Shown here piece by piece: positions 38,755-48,636 of a stretch of 64,000 bases of DNA. The notes below the pieces were generated by a model. The model was not told where the DNA came from, made no database searches, and worked only from the letters and a program-made list of their open reading frames with translations. Position numbers and translations under genes: made by a program. The DNA comes from an uncultured Acidimicrobiia bacterium (GTDB taxonomy: Bacteria > Acidobacteriota > Terriglobia > Versatilivoradales > Versatilivoraceae), in NCBI GenBank assembly GCA_963791795.1, contig CAWBTP010000035.1:35578-99577 (forward strand), written 5' to 3'. How positions within the stretch are numbered: position 1 is the stretch's first letter; each line of letters begins with the position of its first letter.

Positions 38755-40476
38755 CGATGAGACCTCGAATCACTCCTGAGAAGCCGTGCCGGCTTTCTTT
38801 TGCTCACCCTGTGTGTCGCTTTCGCTCGGGTGCGAAGTACGCTTTTTGCCCAGCAACCGCAGGTTCCCTGCGATTCCGGATGACGTGATCTTGGGAACCA
38901 GCCATAGAGTACGCCACCGCCGGTGCCATGCCCGTCAATCTGATGATGGACGTCGTACGCCCGCGAAAGCAGAGTGGACGCTTGCCTGCGGTCGTTTGCA
39001 TTCACGGCGGCGGGTTTCGCGCGGATAGCCGCGAAAGCTATTTGCCGCTGTGCATCCGTCTGGCTCAGCGAGGCTACGTGGCCGCTACGGTCAGCTATCG
39101 GCTGTCGCCCCGCGATCAGTTCCCGGCGCCTGTGCATGACGTCAAGGCGGCCGTGCGATGGTCCTGCGAGCTAATGCGGTTCGTTTCGGCATCGATCCTG
39201 AACGGATCGGGGTAACTGGTGGTTCCGCGGGTGGGCATCTCGCTTTGTTTCTAGGACTCACGGGCGGAATCGCGGAGTTTGAAGGCAGCGGACCGCATCC
39301 GGAGCAATCCGAGCCGGGTTACGTGTGTGGTGAACTACTACGGGCCGACGGACTTCACGAAGTCTTACGGCAAGAGCGTCGACGCGGCTGAGGTCCTTCC
39401 ACTGTTTCTCGGTGGAGATTTGGAGCATGAGCGTTTGGCACACATCAAGGCCAGTCCACTGAACTGGGTGAGTCCAAGCGCCGCTCCGATCCTGACGATT
39501 CATGGGACGGAAGACAAGTACGTCGCCTATGAGCAGGCGGTTTGGTTGAACGAGCGGCTGAAGGCTGCAGGCGTTGAAACCGAGCTGGAGACGCTGGAAG
39601 GCGCGGGACACGGATTCAAGGGGACTGATGCCGAACGAGCCGAGCGGCGTCTGTTTGAGTTCTTCGATAAGCATCTATTGTCTGCTGGCAAAACGGAACG
39701 AAAGATCCTCATTGCCGACCACGGTCCAGGTGGGGAAGTGATCGCAATGACGTGGCCTTCAGGCAAAGTTCTTTGGCGTGTGCCAAACAGCCGTGGCCGC
39801 GACGTGCAAGCGTTACCAAATGGGCATGTCCTGATGACCCTGGATGTGACCCGAAGAGTTGTCGAACTCGACCAGGATCATCGCAGCGGTCTGGACCTAT
39901 GGCGCTGCGGAAGGCCTAGAGCTGCCGACCGCGGCCCAGCGTCTGGAGAACGGCAATACGGTGATTGGAGATGCCAAGCGCGGCCGGATTATCGAAGTCG
40001 ATCGGGCCGGCAAGGTTGTTTGGAGCTATGAGAGCCCTGATATCGGTAACATGCTGATGCGCAGTTGCCGTCGTACGGCTGCGGGGACGACGCTCATCGC
40101 TGTGGAAAGCGGCAGGCAAAGTCATTGAGGTGGACAGGGCGGGTCAGATTGTCTGGACCTATGTTCCTGAAGATGCGCTCAATCGCTTCCCCTATCAGGC
40201 GCACCGTTTGCCGAACGGTAACACCCTCATTGGTCTGGCCAATCCTGGCGAACTGCTGGAAGTGGATAAAGCAGGGAAGATCGTGCGTTCGATCGCAGGC
40301 AAGAAAATGGATATTCGTTTGGGATGGGTGACAGGCACACAGCCGCTTGCCTGACGGAGGCTTGCTAGTCGCCGACTACACAGGAAAACGATTGACTGGA
40401 GATCGATGCGTCTGGTCGCGTTGTCCATCAGTTGAGAACCGATTGGAGCATCGCCAGCATCTCACTGGTTCCGTGA
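38751..40476 (+). pseudogene. alpha/beta-hydrolase (esterase) fused in frame to a beta-propeller-like region, broken by about 9 frameshifts
   Basis: The esterase part has [13 protein letters not shown] (GxSxG) and IHGTEDKYV. It continues without a stop (track ORF 39279-40031) into repeated (L/R)xNGNT(L/V)IG ... EVD(R/K)AG(K/Q)(I/V)VW units and ends at TGA 40474-40476. The start overlaps the MFS stop. Confidence 0.55.
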
Positions 40477-40665
40477 ATGGGAATCTGACGCACAACAGGG
40501 TGCCGATACACCGGGGGAAATTGATCCAAAGGGTAACTCCGATGTTCGGATGGCAAGGCTCCAGCAGAGCCTTGCTTCCGGATTCAACATCGATAGGCCG
40601 AGCGTGCTCCCAAGACAGCCATCCAACTCAACCGATGCCGGGACTGTCTACCAATCCAACTCATC

Positions 40666-42012
40666 ATGAAAACGAATCAATATCTGCTTCGCAGCACCCT
40701 GGTTGCTGCGCTGGGGAGTTTCCTGTTTGGCTTCGACACCGCCGTGATTTCAGGAACGACCGAGGCGCTGCGACAAGTGTTTCATCTGACCAGCAGCCAG
40801 CTCGGATTCACGGTTGCCAGCGCCCTGGTCGGCACAATTCTAGGGTCGCTGCTGGCGGGCAAACCTGCGGAGTTGCTCGGAAGGAAGCGAACACTGACGT
40901 TGCTGGCAATCTTTTACTTTGTTACTTCGCTTGGTTGTGGTCTTGCCTGGAATTGGGCGTCGCTGCTGATCTTTCGATTCACAGGAGGCATCGCTATCGG
41001 CGTTGCCTCGGTGGTTTCGCCCATGTACATCGCAGAGATTGCGCCACCGGAATCGCGCGGCCGCCTGGTGGCCGTGAGCCAGTTCAATACCGTGCTGGGC
41101 ATTCTGGTGGCCTACTTCACGAACTACATCATCGCGCTGGTTTTTGCGGGCTCCAGGTGCGGAAGGCTCATTTGTGGCGTGGCGATGGATGTTTGGAATT
41201 CTGGCTGCCCCATCCGTTGTGTTCTTCTTCCTGGCGCTGCAGATTCCGGAGAGCCCGCGCTGGTTGGTGAAGCAGCATCGTCCCAAGGAAGCCTCAGAGA
41301 TTCTAAGGAAGCTTGGCAATCCAGATTCGGAGCGCTTGATTGGCGAGATTTCCGCGTCGCTCCATGAAGAAACAGCCAGAACTCACGAGCCCTTCTACGT
41401 GAGCAAGTACCGCAAGCCCATCCTGCTGGCCATCATGGTGGCGACGTTTAACCAGTTGTCGGGCATCAATGCGCTTATCTATTACACGGCCGACATCTTT
41501 CGCATGGCAGGCGCGGAGCAGGCCAGCGCATTGTTCCAGTCGGTGATCATCGGGTTGACCTGCCTCGCCTCGACGGCCCTGGCAATGAGCGTGATCGACC
41601 GCTTCGGAAGGAAAAAGCTGTTGCTGATCGGTGCTGCGGGAATGGCCTTCTGCCTGGCTGTGACGGCCTACGCGTTTTACAGGAAGAGCGGCGGTGGCTT
41701 GGTGCTGGTCAGCTTGATGGGTTATATCGGCTTCTTTGCGTTTTCCCAGGGATCGGTGATCTGGGTATTCCTCAGCGAAATCTTTCCGAACCGCGTCCGC
41801 GCCCGGGGCCAGGCGCTGGGGAGTTTCGTCCACTGGATCTGGTGTGCCGTGGTGAGCTGGACTTCCCCATCATTGCCGAGCAATCCGGCGGACATGCTTT
41901 CCTGTTCTTCTCGCTCATGATGGTTGTGCAGCTCGCGATGGTTTCAAAGTTCCTGCCGGAAACCAAAGGTGTGTCGCTGGAACAGATTCAGCGAACGCTG
42001 GGGATTGAGTAG
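40666..42012 (+). CDS. sugar porter family MFS transporter (sugar:H+ symporter type), with two frame breaks (about 41150 and about 41862)
   Basis: It carries FGFDTAVISG, LLGRKRT, PESPRWL, RFGRKKLLL and a C-terminal PETKG recovered in a third frame, ending at TAG 42010-42012. Confidence 0.8.
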
Positions 42013-42086
42013 CGAGGTGAGTAAGCGGCGACACACCATGCAATTCTGCAACGTACTCGGGTCGAGGCTGCTGCTAAGTGCTCCGT

Positions 42087-42196
42087 CTGTCATTCCGGCC
42101 AAGCGCAGCGCGAGCCGGAATCCAGACGGATTTACCGAGCAAGGCTTGTATTCCGAGCCACTGACTTCTGGATTCCTGCTTTCGCGGGAATGACGG
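42087..42196. repeat. intergenic repeat family A, full-length copy
   Basis: The ends are GTCATTCCGGC ... GCGGGAATGAC and the element contains GCCGGAATCCAG and CTGGATTCC. Confidence 0.75.
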
Positions 42197-42223
42197 ATTT
42201 CCGGCTTTGTCAGATGGGCCCAC

Positions 42224-42802
42224 TTACCGACCATCGAGTCTTGCCCGAATCCATCTTTCAATCTCCGCAGCCACCTCCTCCAACGTCAGTCTGCTGGTAT
42301 CAATCACTGCCTGCCGCCAAACTCCGTCACCCCGATGGCGGCTGTTCCATTTCTCCCAGCGCATGATGGACTCCCCCGTCTGGATGACTTCCGGCGACCA
42401 ACCTGGATCCACGGCATGCACACGCAGGAACGCGGCCCAGCAAAGGATCTGCATATTGGGACCATAGTTGCCCCGTGCTCGCAGACGATCCACTCGCGTC
42501 ACGTCATCGCAATCAAGCAGACAGGTATGAACTGCGTCGACCTGTTCGATGGAAGGCGCGCACAGGACTTCGCCCAATATCGCTTCACCCGAAACCACCA
42601 GGTGGCGGCGCAGCGGCTGATGCTCTTTGAGATAAGTTTGCAGCCACCGTTCGGTGGTTTCCTGTCGCCAGCGGGCATCGGGGCTGGGGGGCACTCCGAG
42701 ATCGGCGAAATCGTGAACCACAAAGTCGGGTAACAGTCGGGATAAATGGGGCAGGCAAGCCGTCTTCCCGACTCCGTTGGCACCGGTAATGAAGAAGAGC
42801 AT
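42224..42802 (-). CDS. P-loop NTPase / small-molecule kinase-like protein
   Basis: MLFFITGANGVGKTACL (Walker A) comes from ATG 42802, with an LLDCD Walker-B-like segment. The subfamily is not recognised. Confidence 0.55.
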   Translation of the reverse strand: MLFFITGANGVGKTACLPHLSRLLPDFVVHDFADLGVPPSPDARWRQETTERWLQTYLKEHQPLRRHLVVSGEAILGEVLCAPSIEQVDAVHTCLLDCDDVTRVDRLRARGNYGPNMQILCWAAFLRVHAVDPGWSPEVIQTGESIMRWEKWNSRHRGDGVWRQAVIDTSRLTLEEVAAEIERWIRARLDGR

Positions 42803-42960
42803 AGCGTCGTGACGTGAGTACGAAGAGACAAGGCAGGGCGTCCTGAAACGAGTCGTCATTCCGGCAAAACGGCGTCACCTGCAAACGGGTGGGTCGTGTC
42901 AAAGGAATCTGGCTTTCCTGCTCGCTCCCAGAGAATCTAACGAACCGTTGTACCAGCCTC

Positions 42961-44367
42961 TCACGGATCCTGGTCAGGCCTATCTTTCAGCCGTCCCAGC
43001 ATCCTGTACACATTCACAATTCCCCGGTCCACGATGCGTTCGCCGGCACCGACTTCGAGAATCGTCGGCAGGGCATTGCCGCCGTAAACCACGCCGTCTC
43101 TCGCGGCGATGCGAATGGTCGGAATGTAGCCAAGATATCCGTTCGAGTATCCAGCCAGAATTGTGTCCACGCCTGGTAGCCGGTCGCGGAAGCTGATTTG
43201 ATGCTCGACATAAGGTTCTCCGGGCATAGTGAGCAAGGCGATGTGCCTGTTAATCAGGACCGATGAAATGAAAACGTTCATCTCTTCGGGAGGATATCCG
43301 ATTGGCCGTCCTTCCACCGCCCACTGGTGGTAAGTCGGCACTGCCTGAAGTGCTTTCAGTTTGCCGATGTCCCAGCGCGCTTTGAAGGTGAGTTCCTCGT
43401 CATGCACCAACAGCTCGTTGTTCGCCGGCCGTGCCAGTTGAATGCCATTGGCCACTCGCAACACCTCGTATCCCAATTCACGCCCGAGCTGGCGCATTTC
43501 GTTTACAAGGACGCCGTAATAGCCTGGACCTCGCTCGGTGGATGGATACTGCCCCAGGTAACGCGAGTTGATGTCTCCGCACGCGCCTTGAATGAAAAGG
43601 CAGACAGCGCCCGGCAGGTTCTTTTCGACGTAGCCTGCCATGGCGCCGGGAAAGTCTGCCGAGTACTGCGTAGAATTGTCCGAGTCGAGCACGACCGGAT
43701 GGGCCGCATAGTTGGCGACAACTGCGATTGGTTTGCCGTTGATCTCGCTGACTCGAAGGACCTGAACTACAGGATCTCTTGGATAGTTTGGCTGTCTGAT
43801 CTCATTGGTCCACAAACCACCCGCTGGATCTTGTCGGTTCTGCCCCACCGAAGCAGTGCCTTTGGCCGCTCCGATGTAGCAAGGGACGGCTTTCAGGTTG
43901 GCTTCCCCAATCGCGCGTGCAATGGAATCAAACGCACGGAGTTCCCAGCGATTGCTGCCGGGCTGAATGTATTTCTTGTCGAGAGGGGTGGGCCCGTTAT
44001 GAGTATGCGAAGCGGAGAAGATGACATGCTGGATTCCTGATTCCGACTTGACCCGAGCGCGAAGGTCGGCCAGGTGCTGCATGTCGAACGTCCGCCCCAG
44101 ATCCAGTGCTACCACAGCCAGCGACGTGCTGGCGGATTTCAGCACGAGGACGCGCGCGTACAGCGGATCCAGCACCCCCGTGGACGGCCCTACGCGAGAT
44201 GCGAGGCCCCAGAGTTGATGTCCCACGGGCGGTGTAATCTCGATGCGAGCCGCGCCAGCCTTGAGCTCCTCTGCTTGTGTATACGGGCAACTCACGATAA
44301 GCACGAGTGCAACGAACACCTGCGCCTGGAAATTTCGCCGTGATGACAAAACTGAAGGAACGGTCAC
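42961..44367 (-). CDS. neutral/alkaline ceramidase N-terminal-domain-like hydrolase, secreted (copy 1)
   Basis: The N-terminal pattern KAGAARIEITPPVGHQLWG...LYARVLVLKS...VVALDL is typical of this family. It has a signal-like N-terminus and a non-ATG start. Confidence 0.65.
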   Translation of the reverse strand: MTVPSVLSSRRNFQAQVFVALVLIVSCPYTQAEELKAGAARIEITPPVGHQLWGLASRVGPSTGVLDPLYARVLVLKSASTSLAVVALDLGRTFDMQHLADLRARVKSESGIQHVIFSASHTHNGPTPLDKKYIQPGSNRWELRAFDSIARAIGEANLKAVPCYIGAAKGTASVGQNRQDPAGGLWTNEIRQPNYPRDPVVQVLRVSEINGKPIAVVANYAAHPVVLDSDNSTQYSADFPGAMAGYVEKNLPGAVCLFIQGACGDINSRYLGQYPSTERGPGYYGVLVNEMRQLGRELGYEVLRVANGIQLARPANNELLVHDEELTFKARWDIGKLKALQAVPTYHQWAVEGRPIGYPPEEMNVFISSVLINRHIALLTMPGEPYVEHQISFRDRLPGVDTILAGYSNGYLGYIPTIRIAARDGVVYGGNALPTILEVGAGERIVDRGIVNVYRMLGRLKDRPDQDP

Positions 44368-44628
44368 GTTGTCAGGATCCTCGCACCAACGCCAAGGTTA
44401 CGACTTCTCAGATAAGTTCTCGGAATGAGTCACTTTAGAAGCACAGTGGCAGGAAGGCCACCGCCTCTTCTGAGAGCCCTGTAAGGGTGAAAGACTATGC
44501 CCGGGGTGGAGCGAACGATTTCAGCGCGCGCAACCCTGGGTGATCTTCTCTGCCGTGATGCTTCCATGCTCATCCTTAAATACTCTCTCCGAGAATCCCT
44601 TCCTGGGGAGGGGATGGCGCGCAAAGAA

Positions 44629-44708
44629 CCCCCCTGAAGTCCCCCCTTGTCCAAGGGGGGACGGTACTTTCGTCGAACGTGGCGCCGCAACGCGGCATGA
44701 AAAACTCC
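44629..44708. repeat. intergenic repeat family B, copy 2
   Basis: It matches 18492-18570 in direct orientation. Confidence 0.8.
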
Positions 44709-44751
44709 TCTGTACTCCAGGGCTCGATTCGGCCTGTCCCGAAGGATTCCC

Positions 44752-46048
44752 TCACGGCGAAACCAGATCTGGTATTTCGTTCACCAACACTCCCCGCGGC
44801 AGATCTTCGAGCTTTCCCAGGAAGCGATATAGCCCAATCGCGGCCTGGTCAACGATGGCCTCTCCCGAACCCACTTCGATCTCAGTAGCATAACTTGCGC
44901 CGAAGCCCCCTTCGGCCGCTTGAATGATAGGCGGAATGATTCCGGCCCAGGAATTGCCTCCACTGAAGCCGCCACTCAGCAGAAGAGCCGTTACGGGAGA
45001 CTTGGCATTGAGCAAAAGCTGAAATTCCAGAAACAAGCTTCCGGGGACAGCCACGAGTGCCAAGCCCTTGTTGAGAAAAACAGTGCCGATGGTCACGTCA
45101 ATCTTGCGGGACGGATCCCAACGATTCTTGAACGTGTGAACCTGCTCCTCTACTAAGAGCTGGCCCTCCCAGTCTCGAGGACCCAGGCTGCGAGCCACGC
45201 GCACCGCTTCGCGACCCAGACGCTGGCCCATCTTGTCCACTTCCGCAAAGCCATCTGGTCCGTAAAGTCCAGGTTTGAACGGATAGATGTTGGCCGAAGC
45301 GCCGGCCAAAAAGAAGCAGGTCACATTCTGGCCGAATTCCTTTTCCACATGACGACTCATCGACCCAGGAAAATCGGCCGAGATCTCTTGATTGCGTGCT
45401 CCAAGAATCGCCGGCTCGCACGAATAGTGAACCAGAATTGCTTTTGGGCCGGCTCCTTCCTGGTCGATCCTGATGACCCTGACCGCGGGATCAATAGGCG
45501 CTGTTCCTTCTTCTTTCGGATTTTCCCAGCGATCCTGAACCGTGCCGTCGTCCTGAAACACACGAATATTGTGGGCTCCCATCAGAGCTCCTTGCCCAAA
45601 GAGGATCTTGGCTGAGAACAGTTGTTCCTGAGCTTGCTTTACCTGCCGAAAGATCTTGCTCTCAATCTCCTTTCCCCAGGCACTCAGTCGTGTTTCCGGA
45701 TCGAGTGACGGTGCTGAACGAGTCTGCGAGGAGAGCAGAACAGTATGGGCGATCCCGAGTTCGTCGCGAATGCGATTGACGAGGGACGGCGACTGCAACT
45801 TGTGCAGGTCCGACGACACCAGAACGACCGAAGTCTCCGGAGTTTTCAAGACAAGGATTCTTGCAAACAAGGAATCGTGGATGTTTCCGGCGTGGCGGTT
45901 CTTGCCGAAACCACCGAGCGGGGTGCCGACGGGAGGTGTTATGTCCACCACCGAGATGCCAGCCCGAATCGGCGAAACTGCCGAAGATCTTGCCGGGCAG
46001 GCTTGGCGAGAGCAACAGAACTAAACAGACAAGGAATCTTCGCGTCAT
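44752..46048 (-). CDS. neutral/alkaline ceramidase N-terminal-domain-like hydrolase (copy 2), with one +1 frame break near 45955-45990
   Basis: AGISVVDITPPVGTPLGGFG...LFARILVLKT...VLVSSDL parallels copy 1. The signal peptide MTRRFLVCLVLLLSPSLPG sits in track ORF 45662-46048, one frame away. Confidence 0.6.
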
Positions 46049-46052
46049 CTCT

Positions 46053-47744
46053 TCAAAGGTTCCCGCGTTTCATTTGCTCGACGATGTAGGCCGACGCCCG
46101 AGTGGCCAGGGCTCCAATGGTCAGCGTGGGGCCGTATCCGCCTGAAGTCACAAAGCAGGCGCCATCCACGACAAAAAGATTCGGAATGTCGTGCGCTTGG
46201 TTCCATTTGTTGAGTACGCTGTTTTTGGGATCGTCTCCCATCCGCGCGGTACCCATGTCATGGATAATCATTCCGGGAGTGAGAAGCCCTTCTTCTACAC
46301 GGATGTTTTCAGCTTTCGCCGCCACCGCCAGCGCTCGAAGATTCTCCGCCGCATCTTTGGCCATCGCGCGCTCGTTATCACTGTGCTGGCAATGAATCTT
46401 CAGCACGGGAATACCCCAGGCGTCGACGCGGGTCTTGTCGATCTCCACGAAATTGTCCCGGCGGGCCAGCATTTCGCCCCGTGTGTTCAGGGAAAACCAG
46501 GCGGTGTAGTTACGTTTTACCTGACGTTTGAAACCCTCGCCAAAACCAGAGACGCGATTGGCGTAGTGCGGAAACAATTGAGCACCGCTAGCGCCTTCGT
46601 GAACATAGGAGCGGATGAACTTCGGATGACGTTCTGCGATGTTTCGATAGGCGACAACATCGATGCCACCTGCCTTGCCGTCCTCGTTCACAACTTCGCG
46701 GCCCATCAGCGCCGGCAGGAATCCTTCAACGCTGGGTCCGCCGATGTTGTCCATCAGATACCGTCCCAACACCCCGCTGCTGTTCGCCATGCCATTGGGC
46801 CAATGCCGCGAGATGGAGTTCAACAGGATGCGGGTTGATTCCAGTGCTGAAGCCCCCAACACCACGACTCGACCTTCAGCTTCCTGATAGCGACGTGTGA
46901 GACGGTCGAAGAAAGAAACTCCCCGTACGCGGCCTCCATGACCTTTTTCCAGCAACACCTGGTGAGCTACCGAATTGGGTCGCAACGTCAGACGCCCGGT
47001 TTCTCGTGCGGCGAGCAGCGTGTCGCCCACGGAATTCCAGAATCCATTGACGTCACAACCGCGGCCCATTTCGCACGTACCACAGAAGTGGCATTGCCCA
47101 AGGCCATGCGTGGAAGTCGGTCGCATTGCCGCGCGCTTTGGGATCACGGTCATTCCGAGTCCAAGCGTTGGGGCTACTCGTCTCAGGATGGCTTCGCCAC
47201 AGTTGAGGCCCATCGGCGGCAGGTACTTGCCATCAGGAAGTTGCGGCAGGTTCTCGCGGGAACCGCACACGCCCACGAACTCCTCGAGTTTGTCGTAATA
47301 GGGCGCCAGATCTTCATAGCGAATTGGCCAGTTTTCACCGTAGCCATCGCGATCGGCCGCTCTGAAATCGTAGTTGCTCAACCGCCTGGCGTTGCGTCCC
47401 CAATGAAGGATTTTTCCACCAACAATACGCGAGCGAATCCAAACATAAGGCTGCTCGGGCGGAGTTGAATACGGGTGCTCGCTGTCTTTCAGATAGAGAT
47501 GGGACGTGAAGCCATCCGCATAAATCTGGTTCCATTGAGTTTTTTCTTTGACTCCGGGTGCGAACGTGCCGCGGTACTTGTGCTGATAAGGCCACGCATG
47601 CGTATTGAAGTCCTTGGCTGGATCAACGTCTCTACCCGCCTCTAGAACGAGGACCTCCAAGCCTCCCTCGGTCAATTCTTTCGCCGCACAGCCACCCGCC
47701 GCTCCGCTTCCAACGACGATGGCGTCATACTTCTTGCGAGGCAT
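46053..47744 (-). CDS. GMC family FAD-dependent oxidoreductase, with no signal peptide of its own
   Basis: MPRKKYDAIVVGSGAAGGCAAKELTEGGLEVLVLEAG (GxGxxG) comes from ATG 47744, which has AAGGAAA upstream. The track N-terminal extension covers a family-B hairpin. Confidence 0.85.
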   Translation of the reverse strand: MPRKKYDAIVVGSGAAGGCAAKELTEGGLEVLVLEAGRDVDPAKDFNTHAWPYQHKYRGTFAPGVKEKTQWNQIYADGFTSHLYLKDSEHPYSTPPEQPYVWIRSRIVGGKILHWGRNARRLSNYDFRAADRDGYGENWPIRYEDLAPYYDKLEEFVGVCGSRENLPQLPDGKYLPPMGLNCGEAILRRVAPTLGLGMTVIPKRAAMRPTSTHGLGQCHFCGTCEMGRGCDVNGFWNSVGDTLLAARETGRLTLRPNSVAHQVLLEKGHGGRVRGVSFFDRLTRRYQEAEGRVVVLGASALESTRILLNSISRHWPNGMANSSGVLGRYLMDNIGGPSVEGFLPALMGREVVNEDGKAGGIDVVAYRNIAERHPKFIRSYVHEGASGAQLFPHYANRVSGFGEGFKRQVKRNYTAWFSLNTRGEMLARRDNFVEIDKTRVDAWGIPVLKIHCQHSDNERAMAKDAAENLRALAVAAKAENIRVEEGLLTPGMIIHDMGTARMGDDPKNSVLNKWNQAHDIPNLFVVDGACFVTSGGYGPTLTIGALATRASAYIVEQMKRGNL

Positions 47745-47975
47745 GGCGGATTTCCTTACCGAGAATGCGATTGGCGACATCGCGCAACCCTCTGCACCTG
47801 GGGGCGTGAAAGAATTCCCCCTTAACAAAGGGGGCGACGGCGATGAACGATGGGCGCGCAGCGACAGCTGTTGCATCGCCGTCAGGGGGTTGTTGTACAA
47901 ATTGCAGGAAACCTTGCTTCCGAACTGCATCCCACTGCCTTTCTTGCTATGAGGGATTTCTCCAGACGCCAGTTC

Positions 47976-48575
47976 TCACGCCTTCGGGTCCCAGTTCAAG
48001 TGCTCAGGATGGCTGCAACCTGGAAATTCTGTCAGGTAGTCGAGACCTTTGTATTGGAGCTCCTGGTGGATGCCGACCTCCGACGAATAGTAAGCAAAAA
48101 TGGTTCGGGCTTTGATGTTCTTGAAGAAGCTGACTCCGACCTGATCTTCTGCCGCGCGGTTCTCCTCGTCGGCGATCCGTTCCAGTAGAGTCTTCCGGTC
48201 CTCAGACTTCAGTTCAATAAAGCGGCGGCGAAAGACCTGTTTGCTTTTCCGGTCTATCCAGTCCAATCCACGCAGAAATTCCCGCTGAACCTTTGAAGCT
48301 TCCTCGCTTAGTACCAGGTCGATGAATTCGTTCACCTTCGCGGCTTTGGCTCCTGGAGTTTCGGTTTGCGGAATGATGAGCTCCGCCAGTACCGTGACGG
48401 TTTCATTCTGGTGGGCATTGAAAAACTTAGGAACCCAGGAACCTGCTTTCCGGGATGGTGAGACGTGATGAGGGCGACCGCTGGATGAGGGCAATTGAGG
48501 CAGCAAGGGAGCACCGGCTGCCGAAGCAAGAAACTTAGTGGTTTCGCGACGGCTGATACCCTTTCTTGCACTCAT
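47976..48575 (-). CDS. gluconate 2-dehydrogenase subunit 3-like small subunit with TAT signal
   Basis: It has the twin-arginine N-terminus MSARKGISRRETTKFLASAAGAPLL and lies immediately upstream of the GMC flavoprotein, the usual pairing for this family. Confidence 0.65.
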   Translation of the reverse strand: MSARKGISRRETTKFLASAAGAPLLPQLPSSSGRPHHVSPSRKAGSWVPKFFNAHQNETVTVLAELIIPQTETPGAKAAKVNEFIDLVLSEEASKVQREFLRGLDWIDRKSKQVFRRRFIELKSEDRKTLLERIADEENRAAEDQVGVSFFKNIKARTIFAYYSSEVGIHQELQYKGLDYLTEFPGCSHPEHLNWDPKA

Positions 48576-48636
48576 TCTGTTCTCTCGATGTACTCGATTC
48601 ACGCGTGGCGGGTCCGGTGCGGCCTGGCGCATCGAA

